Shown: positions 27,059-34,555 of the stretch, piece by piece
Layout: every line of letters begins with the position of its first letter
Numbering within the stretch: the first letter of the stretch is position 1
Source of the DNA: a virus
UHGV virus genome: UHGV-1355782
Length of the DNA: 43,206 bases
Reading direction: 5' to 3' (one strand)
Position numbers and translations under genes: made by a program
Notes under the pieces: model-generated
Databases searched by the model: none
The model's input: only the letters and a program-made list of their open reading frames with translations
Told to the model about the DNA's origin: nothing

Positions 27059-27346
27059 CTAACTATAATAGTTCGCTATTAGGTCGTCAACCTGTTTAAA
27101 CGAACCAACGACAAAAACATTTGCTCCACGTTTACGCATCCGCTCGTGCTCTCGTAGCTGGTGTGGGTCTGGCTTCGTGTTTTCGTCTTTCTTAACCTCG
27201 ACGAACCAGATGATGCCGCCGGGGAGAATTACCAGCAGGTCAGGAGCGCCCGCTCTATTTTCGTACGACAATTTGCGTACGAGGCCGCCGATAGCCTCGA
27301 ATCGCTCTTTTGCGTATTTCTGGATGCGCCCCTCAGGCGTACTCAT
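27059..27346 (-). CDS. VRR-NUC domain nuclease
   Basis: PD-(D/E)XK-type motif GAPDLLVILPGGIIWFVEVKK; C-terminus ...IANYYS encoded by the promoter/operator repeat. Confidence 0.65.
   Translation of the reverse strand: MSTPEGRIQKYAKERFEAIGGLVRKLSYENRAGAPDLLVILPGGIIWFVEVKKDENTKPDPHQLREHERMRKRGANVFVVGSFKQVDDLIANYYS
27062..27090 (-). promoter_or_regulatory. class-2 promoter TTGACG-N17-TATAGT with palindromic operator (27066-27081)
   Basis: minus-strand -35 TTGACG, 17-bp spacer containing TAATAG-cgaa-CTATTA, -10 TATAGT; lies inside the 3' end of the VRR-NUC gene. Confidence 0.5.
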
Positions 27347-27548
27347 CTATGCACCCCTCCCGTTTCGTATGCTCGATACCACAGCGCGGGCAGATTCGAC
27401 AGTCTTCTTCGTAGAACCAGTAAATTTTCATTCCATCACCCACAGATGAATTGCGATGAACATACCTAATACAGCAGCCATCATGCCGTATTGGCCCTCG
27501 TGACAGTAGACACCGGCAGCAAACCCTGCCAGTACCGCTATAATCAGT

Positions 27549-29753
27549 TTACTTGGCATAACGCATCATCTCCGCGCCTTCTGCTACAAGAGGGAACCCC
27601 TCGGCCCACTCCGGCAATGCGCACATTAATTTTTCCAGTTCGGCCACCGTGTACTCAGGTGTGTCGGGAGTTTCACATACCAGTTCATCGTGTACCGAAA
27701 GCACGATGGGGTACCCGCCACCCTCAACATTAATCATCGCATACGCGAGTAAATCACGACACAACGCCTGGACAATGTTTTCGCAGGCTTTGCCGCCATG
27801 GGTGTACAGGGTAGTCCATTGGCGGGTTAACTGGTTTTCACCCTGATACTTGATTCGCACATCCGTGTTTACCCGTCCGCCTTCGTCTGTTTCCTTTGTC
27901 ACAGTCACACTAACGCCTATTCCTGGATACGAGAGGATACGGCCTGACGGCAGCTCCATACACAACCACCAACCAGGAACCTTCCTGCCGGATGAATCAA
28001 ATTCTACAGTACGCCATATACGGATAGCCCTTTCCCCATTCCTGCGCAAGTGTGCCCCCGCCCAAAATTCACGGCCAGGATTACGCACAGCGGCTAAAAT
28101 TCCGTCTTTAAGGTCGCGCCAGAACGCTACTGTTTCCGGGTGTGACTCGCGCCACATACGCTTGATAGCATCACAAGTACGCCATACTTTTTTATCAAGA
28201 ATATACGATGGCCTATCGTCCTTTTCACCTGGATGTGGGGGGCGCTTGGCTTCCTGGATGCGCGCCCATTCATATCCTCTCGCGGTAGCGGCCCAGATGT
28301 GGTCAGGGAAAGTCCCGTCCATTGTTTTTGCCATCTCAATAAGGTCAAGACCTAAGTTTTTAGCAAACGTAACGAACGCTCCGACACCCCCCTCGTAGCC
28401 GAGGCCCAGTTCGCAAGCCTTGCCTATCTGTCTGATTTCCTTAAAGTTTTTCTTAATATCGTCAGGGTCCATGCCAAACATCTTACCTGCGGTTACACAG
28501 TAAATATCCAGTCCGGCACGGAACGTATCGAGCGCGGTTTCTTCTCCTGCTAACCACGCTAACCCACGACCTTCGACGTTAGAGTAATCAGCTACGACAA
28601 ACTTGTGCCCGGCTTCCGGTATGATGCAGCTACGGACCGTCGATGCCGTCAGCTTGGCTACGTCAAATCGGCGGTGAGCACGACCCTTAAGTAACGCTGA
28701 AATGCCTTTATCCAGTTCATCATCATGATAGTACCCGCGGGCCAGGTTCTGCGGCTGAAAGCCTTTACCCGCCCACCGCAAAGTACGTTTTGCCCCGCCG
28801 TACTGTAAACAACCGCGGCGTCGGTCGTCCGACGAGCGGCCCAACAGCAGCGGGTTATATTTCGTTGACGCTGTGGACGCGGCCCCGAGGCGCATTTCGA
28901 TAATCGTGCGGGCGTCGTCAGGTAAATCATCGTCCACCAACAGGTCGTTAAGCGTCGACTTCTGCGCATTGTGTATGTGGTGCGCTGGGGCAAGTTCACG
29001 CAGAATCGGCAGAAAGTCTTTACCCGTAAGCGAGCCGCCGTATTTGCGTTGGGCTTCTTCCTGTAACTGTGCTTTGTGTTTCTCCACGGCTTCAATCGCG
29101 GCTTCCGCCAGTGCAACGTCAACCTTAAACCCACGGTCATTGATTAACTGGTCCAGTTCCAGTACACGGTCTTCAAACTCAGAGTTACCCCACCGCGGAA
29201 GCTTATGGAAGACTTCACGCATAGCAGTAATGTCACTCACGGCGTACTTGATGAACAGCGCCCACTCGTCAGGGTGTGTTTCGGCGGTGTAGCGGCGAAT
29301 TTTGTAGTTCTTCGGTGTCGGTTTAGAGAAACGCTGAATCAGCGCCTTGCCGCGTTTGTCTTTCGCATTATCAGCGGACACGCCAAGCACTTCACACAGC
29401 GCATCAAGTGAACCTGGCAGCGCGTGACGAAACGCCCAAATCATCGTGTCAATGGTGTTGCTTACCGGTATATCGAAGCCCCAGCAGTGTTTCATGATTA
29501 GGCGATCGAACATTAAAAAGTTATGGCCCACGATTTTCATACGTCCACGCATAACATTACGGAGAGCCACACGGAGGCTTATCGGCATTACTGATTCGGA
29601 AGTGCAATCCCATACTTCTACAGGACCGTCATCAACGGCATACGTACAAATTATAACCTCTGTCGTTGGGTGCTCCGCATACGCATACGACCCGACTTTC
29701 TTTAAGTCTGCTTCGGAGAATGTCTCGGTATCCAGGTACAATAAACTAGTCAT
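27549..29753 (-). CDS. DNA polymerase, family A, with N-terminal 3'-5' exonuclease domain
   Basis: Exo I-like LYLDTETFS; pol motif A DYSNVEGRGLAWLAGEE; motif B RQIGKACELGLGYEGG; motif C VHDELV. Confidence 0.85.
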   Translation of the reverse strand: MTSLLYLDTETFSEADLKKVGSYAYAEHPTTEVIICTYAVDDGPVEVWDCTSESVMPISLRVALRNVMRGRMKIVGHNFLMFDRLIMKHCWGFDIPVSNTIDTMIWAFRHALPGSLDALCEVLGVSADNAKDKRGKALIQRFSKPTPKNYKIRRYTAETHPDEWALFIKYAVSDITAMREVFHKLPRWGNSEFEDRVLELDQLINDRGFKVDVALAEAAIEAVEKHKAQLQEEAQRKYGGSLTGKDFLPILRELAPAHHIHNAQKSTLNDLLVDDDLPDDARTIIEMRLGAASTASTKYNPLLLGRSSDDRRRGCLQYGGAKRTLRWAGKGFQPQNLARGYYHDDELDKGISALLKGRAHRRFDVAKLTASTVRSCIIPEAGHKFVVADYSNVEGRGLAWLAGEETALDTFRAGLDIYCVTAGKMFGMDPDDIKKNFKEIRQIGKACELGLGYEGGVGAFVTFAKNLGLDLIEMAKTMDGTFPDHIWAATARGYEWARIQEAKRPPHPGEKDDRPSYILDKKVWRTCDAIKRMWRESHPETVAFWRDLKDGILAAVRNPGREFWAGAHLRRNGERAIRIWRTVEFDSSGRKVPGWWLCMELPSGRILSYPGIGVSVTVTKETDEGGRVNTDVRIKYQGENQLTRQWTTLYTHGGKACENIVQALCRDLLAYAMINVEGGGYPIVLSVHDELVCETPDTPEYTVAELEKLMCALPEWAEGFPLVAEGAEMMRYAK

Positions 29754-30219
29754 GGCAATAAAATTCCTTATGCAGTTTTTCTCTTAATTTCTTTACAGCG
29801 CTTTCTGCTTCTTCAAGAGTTCCGTAGCTACCAGCGTTATAACTTTTGTAGTTAAAATGTACACGCCCATAAAACCGGTTGCCGTTTTTAACTACTCCCT
29901 TAACTCCCGTTCTAGCTCCCTTATTTTTAGCGTTTCGCACATTATCCGCTGTGGTTGCTTTCCTTAGGTTAGAAATCCTATTGTCTAACCTGTCACGGTT
30001 TATATGGTCAAGAGGCCCCTCAGGCCATTCGCCGTACTCGAAAAACCAAGCAAGCCTATGGGCCATGTAGTATCTACCCATGTAGGGTATGCGCCAGTAT
30101 CCGCTACTATTCATACATCCCGCAATGTCTCCGGGTCTCCCTCGTCTGTACGTAGGTTGTATCCATGTGAATATTCCGGTTTCTCGGTTATAACTAAGAA
30201 AATCTTTTATATGTTCCAT
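29746..30219 (-). CDS. HNH homing endonuclease with AP2-like domain
   Basis: HNH motif DHINRDRLDNRISNLR and AP2-like GVKGVVKNGNRFYGRVHF; start taken as ATG 30219 because the annotated TTG start at 30243 lies inside a terminator hairpin. Confidence 0.65.
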   Translation of the reverse strand: MEHIKDFLSYNRETGIFTWIQPTYRRGRPGDIAGCMNSSGYWRIPYMGRYYMAHRLAWFFEYGEWPEGPLDHINRDRLDNRISNLRKATTADNVRNAKNKGARTGVKGVVKNGNRFYGRVHFNYKSYNAGSYGTLEEAESAVKKLREKLHKEFYCHD

Positions 30220-30230
30220 TCTGACTCCGG

Positions 30231-30254
30231 TAAAAAGGCCCAATGAAGGGCCTT
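30231..30254 (-). terminator. rho-independent terminator (minus strand) after SSB-like gene
   Basis: minus-strand hairpin AAGGCCC-ttcatt-GGGCCTT followed by TTTTT. Confidence 0.6.
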
Positions 30255-30273
30255 AGTTAAATTGGTTCAGATA

Positions 30274-30900
30274 TTAACGGCGACGACGTTCGCGGCGCGG
30301 TGCTTCATCTTCTTCGTCGTCTTCCAGGTCCTCGACACTCGCAGCTACTTTAGAACCACCAAACGCTTTACCTTCACCAACGTACTTAATTGCCAGCAGG
30401 TTAACACCGAGTACTTTGTATTTCTGGCTGAACCAGATTTCAACGCTTACGTTAGCGACGCAGCCGCTGTAAACCTGTTCGCCTTCAATCTGTTCGCCGT
30501 CTACATTGAAATCCTGCTCTACCTGAGTCTCACCTTTTTTAGATGTTACAATCAGCGGTTGTTTCTGTGCCTTCGCTTTGAAGTAGAAGCCTTCAGGGAA
30601 GTCTTCAAACGGATTGTCACGCTCGGCAATATCTTTAATCGCGCATTTATCCATGTGCTTACCTTCGCCGTAGTTGGACTTCATCCATTTCTCGGCGGCG
30701 GCTGCACCTAACGCTTCTTCAACTACAGCGTAAACAGTGTCGTAGAGTGCGTCGATTTGAGCATGGCCAGACTGCAGGATGATAGTCGCGCTGTACTGGC
30801 CTTTAGTGATTGAGCCATCATCGTTTTCACGGTCTTTTTCGCGTTCAAATACGTTAACCCATGCAGTGTTTACTTTACGCAGATTTAATTTCAGTCCCAC
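30274..30900 (-). CDS. putative ssDNA-binding/recombination-associated protein
   Basis: acidic C-terminal tail VEDLEDDEEDE; own class-2 promoter; GTG start with RBS GAGGG; function inferred weakly. Confidence 0.35.
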   Translation of the reverse strand: MGLKLNLRKVNTAWVNVFEREKDRENDDGSITKGQYSATIILQSGHAQIDALYDTVYAVVEEALGAAAAEKWMKSNYGEGKHMDKCAIKDIAERDNPFEDFPEGFYFKAKAQKQPLIVTSKKGETQVEQDFNVDGEQIEGEQVYSGCVANVSVEIWFSQKYKVLGVNLLAIKYVGEGKAFGGSKVAASVEDLEDDEEDEAPRRERRRR

Positions 30901-30960
30901 AGTTCAGCCCTCATTAAGTTTAGATTTTAAGTTTACTCCGGGAACTGCCCGGCCAGTGAT

Positions 30961-31461
30961 TTAACTATAATAGTTCGCTATTCGGTAGTCAACTTCTTTT
31001 AGCAAATTACTTTCAAAATTCTTTCTCGCCACGTTAGCCTGTTCAGGAGTTTCGAATAGTCCAAGGTAACGATATTGCCCGTTTACGGTAATTCCAGCCT
31101 GCCATTTACCATGGCTTTTGCGCCAAAACACGCCAGTGTACCCGCTTTTGTTATGACTTCTTCCGGTTTGAATGCCGCCTTTAGCCACATTATCGCTATG
31201 AGCGATTAACTGGAGATTCTCTATCCTGTCATCATTTCTTATCGCATTTATATGGTCCACCTCAAACCCTTCAGGTATAGGGCCGTTGTGGTACTCCCAT
31301 ATTAAACGGCTTCTTTGGTAGGACTTACGATTAATGTAGATCTGCACATACCCTGAATGGTGGAGGCTTCCTGCCTCCTGACCAGCTAACATTCTTTTTG
31401 TATTGTGGCGATAGATTAGTTTCCCGTTTTCATAAATGAAACGCTCCCGAACTAAACTCAT
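30961..31461 (-). CDS. HNH homing endonuclease with AP2-like domain
   Basis: HNH motif DHINAIRNDDRIENLQL, AP2-like GYTGVFWRKSHGKWQAGI; ATGA-coupled start at 31461; C-terminus ...IANYYS. Confidence 0.7.
   Translation of the reverse strand: MSLVRERFIYENGKLIYRHNTKRMLAGQEAGSLHHSGYVQIYINRKSYQRSRLIWEYHNGPIPEGFEVDHINAIRNDDRIENLQLIAHSDNVAKGGIQTGRSHNKSGYTGVFWRKSHGKWQAGITVNGQYRYLGLFETPEQANVARKNFESNLLKEVDYRIANYYS
30964..30992 (-). promoter_or_regulatory. class-2 promoter TTGACT-N17-TATAGT with palindromic operator (30968-30983)
   Basis: same architecture as 27062-27090; lies inside the 3' end of the HNH gene 30961-31461. Confidence 0.5.
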
Positions 31462-32723
31462 TCCAAATCCTCCTCTGTTACCTGATTCCACTCAGGCCGT
31501 TTGTCATCTGCCGTTGTGACGCACGGCGCTCCTGGCTTACGAGTAATGAAGTCTTTCAGTTCTTCTTCCGGCACAACTTTAACAGCTTCGGTTGGCGTCA
31601 TGAGCACTACCTTTTGCAGCATAGTACCGTACTTCTCGAATACCGCATCAGTGTCTTTCCATGCACGATTACCCGGGCGACCTTCAACCAGCTTGTACCC
31701 CGGAACTTTCTTACCCGAATGCAGCGCGGCAGCCATAGCTTTCTCAACCTTGTCGATGTGCTGGCGCAACAACGGCAACTTCTCATACTCAGCTACGAGT
31801 TGCTCAGGTGTCATTTCAAGAGCAAAGTCGTCCTCCAGTTCTTCCGCCAGTACCGCGTTAACGGTTTTTGTACGCGCTGCGCACTGTTCTGAGAACCGAC
31901 ACCACTGACAACCATCTACCGACGGCTTGAAGTCCGACGCTTTCAGGTTCTTCTTACCGCGGAAATACGCATCAAGCGCTAACAGTGCGCGCTTCTGGGC
32001 GAACTTAGCGAACAGTTCCAGACCTTCAACCGAGATGTCCCACTCCGACGCACCGCCCGCGTACGGCTGGAAGATGACCAGACGAACGGTTGTTATGTTA
32101 TAACGTCTCTTGAGTCGGCGATAAACACCGAGAGCGTAAAGCATAAGCTGCTTGTTTTCTTTCGCTTCGACACGATGCCGTCCGGTTTTCAGGTCGCCGA
32201 TAATTAACATGTGCTCATCAGTGTTGGCCAGTTCCTGCACGGCAACAAGGTCAGCGGTTCCGAAGGTTTGAATTTCTTCTTGCCTCCCACCGGGGCTATG
32301 GATGTATCCCGGATGCAATACCTCAGTAAGATTGACACGCATTTCCAGCTTGGCGTAAGTCGCTACATCGATAATCGGTTTACAGTAGTCGGTATACTTG
32401 CGCACCTGCTCAATCATGTCAGCCGTAATCAGTACCGCACCTTTCATCGGACTGATTAGTGCCTTAATCTGTCCTTTACCCTCATCCAGCACGTACGCAC
32501 CGACTTCACGCTCTAACGGCAGCGCAGTGCCTTTGATGTACTGGTTTAGATGTACCTCAGCTATTGTGTGACACGCTGTCCCCGTAACGGCGGATTTACC
32601 CGACGTGTTAGGAATATCTTTTTCACAAGCCAGCGATGCGGCGCAACTTAGCCACTTCTTAGCGCCTGACGGCGACAGTAAAGCGTGTACGTCGTTATTG
32701 CCGCCGCGTTCCTTTAAAATCAT
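31458..32723 (-). CDS. PD-(D/E)XK exonuclease, Cas4/RecB-like with cysteine cluster (putative)
   Basis: LSPSGAKKWLSC N-terminal motif; D...IIGDLKTG nuclease motif; C-terminal CQWCRFSEQC; start ATG 32723 (ATGA coupling). Confidence 0.55.
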   Translation of the reverse strand: MILKERGGNNDVHALLSPSGAKKWLSCAASLACEKDIPNTSGKSAVTGTACHTIAEVHLNQYIKGTALPLEREVGAYVLDEGKGQIKALISPMKGAVLITADMIEQVRKYTDYCKPIIDVATYAKLEMRVNLTEVLHPGYIHSPGGRQEEIQTFGTADLVAVQELANTDEHMLIIGDLKTGRHRVEAKENKQLMLYALGVYRRLKRRYNITTVRLVIFQPYAGGASEWDISVEGLELFAKFAQKRALLALDAYFRGKKNLKASDFKPSVDGCQWCRFSEQCAARTKTVNAVLAEELEDDFALEMTPEQLVAEYEKLPLLRQHIDKVEKAMAAALHSGKKVPGYKLVEGRPGNRAWKDTDAVFEKYGTMLQKVVLMTPTEAVKVVPEEELKDFITRKPGAPCVTTADDKRPEWNQVTEEDLE

Positions 32724-32992
32724 ACCCTGTTCTCCCACTGGTCAATTAAATGTTGTGTCTGGTGCTGGCGGTGCATAGCCCATCCATACATCGACTCGAA
32801 GACATAAAAGTCAGGTTTGGCGAAAGTCGTGCGCTTAATCTGCGACACGTGACGGCCTATATCTTTAGGCCGCGGTACTTTGCCTAAGTACGCCATCTCT
32901 TCCATCTGGTGTGCACCGGACGGCGCACGCAACAGCCATATCGCCTCGGTGTTATCCCGCCTGTCGATGGCGCGGTATAGTTGATAAATCAT
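32720..32992 (-). CDS. hypothetical protein (90 aa)
   Basis: start ATG 32992 preceded by GAGGGTCGGAAAT, the same RBS box as gene 33004-33240. Confidence 0.45.
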   Translation of the reverse strand: MIYQLYRAIDRRDNTEAIWLLRAPSGAHQMEEMAYLGKVPRPKDIGRHVSQIKRTTFAKPDFYVFESMYGWAMHRQHQTQHLIDQWENRV

Positions 32993-33003
32993 ATTTCCGA
33001 CCC

Positions 33004-33240
33004 TCATTCAAAACTATCAAAGTCAAGTTCGTCCAGCATAGCCTCCGCCTCATCCGCTGCGGAAATAAGCGCTTTAGCAAGTTCTCTCGCCATATCAGGA
33101 GTATATTCCATGAACGAAAGCCCGTTCATCTCATCCGCAGGGTCGAAATCTAGGGTTACTCTTTTCTGCTTTCCCTGTATCGTGTTGCGAACCTCAAGGC
33201 TAACTCTGGCTTCATCGTTGTTAATATCTTTAATAATCAT
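33004..33240 (-). CDS. hypothetical protein (78 aa)
   Basis: RBS GAGGGTCGGAATT before ATG 33240. Confidence 0.5.
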   Translation of the reverse strand: MIIKDINNDEARVSLEVRNTIQGKQKRVTLDFDPADEMNGLSFMEYTPDMARELAKALISAADEAEAMLDELDFDSFE

Positions 33241-33283
33241 AATTCCGACCCTCAGTTAAAGCGACCCGAAGGCCGCGAGATAG

Positions 33284-33784
33284 TTATTCTTCTTCGAAAT
33301 ACTTGTTCTTGATTGCTGTCAGACGCTTCAGGTACTCGGCCAGGTCTTCGTCTTTAATCGCGGCAATCTTCATCTTCTTGCCGGTGAACTCTTCCAGCAG
33401 TTCATCGGAATCATCGCACGCGGCATCGCTCGGGCCTTCGTTAATGGCATCATCGATAGCCTGAATCTGGTCACGAAGAGACTGGTAATCTACCTCTTCT
33501 TTCACTTCTTCCGGCTCTGGCGTTGGTTCCTCTACTTTAGCTTTACGCGGCTTGCGTTTAGGCTTCTCGTCTTCTGTCGGTTTGGTGTCAACGACGTCTT
33601 CGCCTTCAACCGGGATTTCTTTTGTTTCTTCTTCGGCGCACTCGGCTACCGCTTCTTTGGTATACACTACCGTCTCTACTTCCATCGGTGCGGAAGCCTG
33701 AACAACTTGTTTCGCACTGTTCGCAGCAATCAGTTCATGCGCAACTACGAAACGTTCCAGTAATTTTAAGAATTGTTCTAACAT
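33284..33784 (-). CDS. hypothetical acidic protein (166 aa)
   Basis: RBS AGGAG; Glu/Lys/Pro-rich low-complexity centre; N-terminus MLEQFLKL paralogous to next gene. Confidence 0.5.
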   Translation of the reverse strand: MLEQFLKLLERFVVAHELIAANSAKQVVQASAPMEVETVVYTKEAVAECAEEETKEIPVEGEDVVDTKPTEDEKPKRKPRKAKVEEPTPEPEEVKEEVDYQSLRDQIQAIDDAINEGPSDAACDDSDELLEEFTGKKMKIAAIKDEDLAEYLKRLTAIKNKYFEEE

Positions 33785-33799
33785 TATTTGTTCTCCTGT

Positions 33800-34003
33800 T
33801 TATTTAGTTTCAATAATCTGTGCGTTTACTTTAGAAAGAAATTCTGATGTTATCCCGTGCTCTGCTTCGAATTTATCTGCGGTGAAGTCGTATGCCTTAA
33901 GAACGCCATTAACCCAGTTGAAGGTCATTGAAAATGGGTTGCCACCAATGAACCATACTGCAACGAACTGTTTTTCAGGTAATTTCAAAAATTTCTCTAA
34001 CAT
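33800..34003 (-). CDS. hypothetical protein (67 aa)
   Basis: RBS GAGAGGAGAGAA; first gene of leftward operon downstream of switch promoter. Confidence 0.5.
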   Translation of the reverse strand: MLEKFLKLPEKQFVAVWFIGGNPFSMTFNWVNGVLKAYDFTADKFEAEHGITSEFLSKVNAQIIETK

Positions 34004-34034
34004 TTGTTTCTCTCCTCTCGTTTGGTATTGGTTA

Positions 34035-34064
34035 ACTATAATAGCGAACTATTCATGTTGTCAA
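34035..34064 (-). promoter_or_regulatory. class-2 promoter TTGACA-N18-TATAGT with palindromic operator (34039-34054), leftward early promoter
   Basis: minus-strand consensus -35 TTGACA; operator TAATAG-cgaa-CTATTC in spacer. Confidence 0.55.
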
Positions 34065-34068
34065 TGGG

Positions 34069-34097
34069 CTTTTCTAAAATAATTAATATGGTACTAT
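34069..34097 (+). promoter_or_regulatory. putative rightward promoter for Cro-like gene with operator-like site (34084-34099)
   Basis: -10 TACTAT 34092-34097 preceded by TAATAT-ggta-CTATTC; poor -35. Confidence 0.35.
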
Positions 34098-34128
34098 TCA
34101 CGTATCAACTGACTAAGGAGTAACTGAC

Positions 34129-34344
34129 ATGCAACCATCAGAACTAGGTATCCGTGTAGAACAACGCCGCAAAGAACTCGGCATCTCCCAGCGTCGTCTG
34201 GCTGTCCTGGCCGGGGTTTCCCAGGGCGCGATTAACCAGCTTGCGCTCGGGGTAACTCAGGACGTCCGCCCGGCAACGCTGTTTAAACTGGCGGAAGTGC
34301 TGCAAGTAGATGCTAAGTGGCTGGCGTTCGGTGAAGGGGCTTAA
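34129..34344 (+). CDS. Cro/CI-type (XRE family) HTH transcriptional regulator
   Basis: HTH motif LGISQRRLAVLAGVSQGAINQLALG; RBS AAGGAG; divergent from early operon; followed by terminator. Confidence 0.7.
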   Translation: MQPSELGIRVEQRRKELGISQRRLAVLAGVSQGAINQLALGVTQDVRPATLFKLAEVLQVDAKWLAFGEGA

Positions 34345-34359
34345 CGCCCCTTTCTTTTT
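34334..34359 (+). terminator. rho-independent terminator after Cro-like gene
   Basis: AGGGGC-ttaac-GCCCCT followed by TTCTTTTT. Confidence 0.6.
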
Positions 34360-34555
34360 ATTGCACCTTTATCGGGTATCTTTTGCGAAACTTACCTAAC
34401 CCGCAGTACACGCTGTAAGCCTCTGTGTAACTGAACACAACATGATACCCGCGCCCATAAGGAACTACGTTAAGAACTTCTACTACTTCGCCTCTGTGGT
34501 TGGTGTATTTATTACCTTTCAGTTCGTCGCTTACTTCTTTAAATTTACCGCTCAT
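34358..34555 (-). CDS. hypothetical protein (65 aa)
   Basis: strong RBS AGAGGAGGATTTGGA before ATG 34555, identical to the junction upstream of HNH gene at 31461. Confidence 0.5.
   Translation of the reverse strand: MSGKFKEVSDELKGNKYTNHRGEVVEVLNVVPYGRGYHVVFSYTEAYSVYCGLGKFRKRYPIKVQ

Noticed and set aside
30274-30900. Confident assignment of the acidic-tailed protein as a canonical SSB
   Set aside because: Only the acidic C-terminal segment and genomic context support it; no OB-fold signature could be recognised by eye, so it is reported at low confidence only
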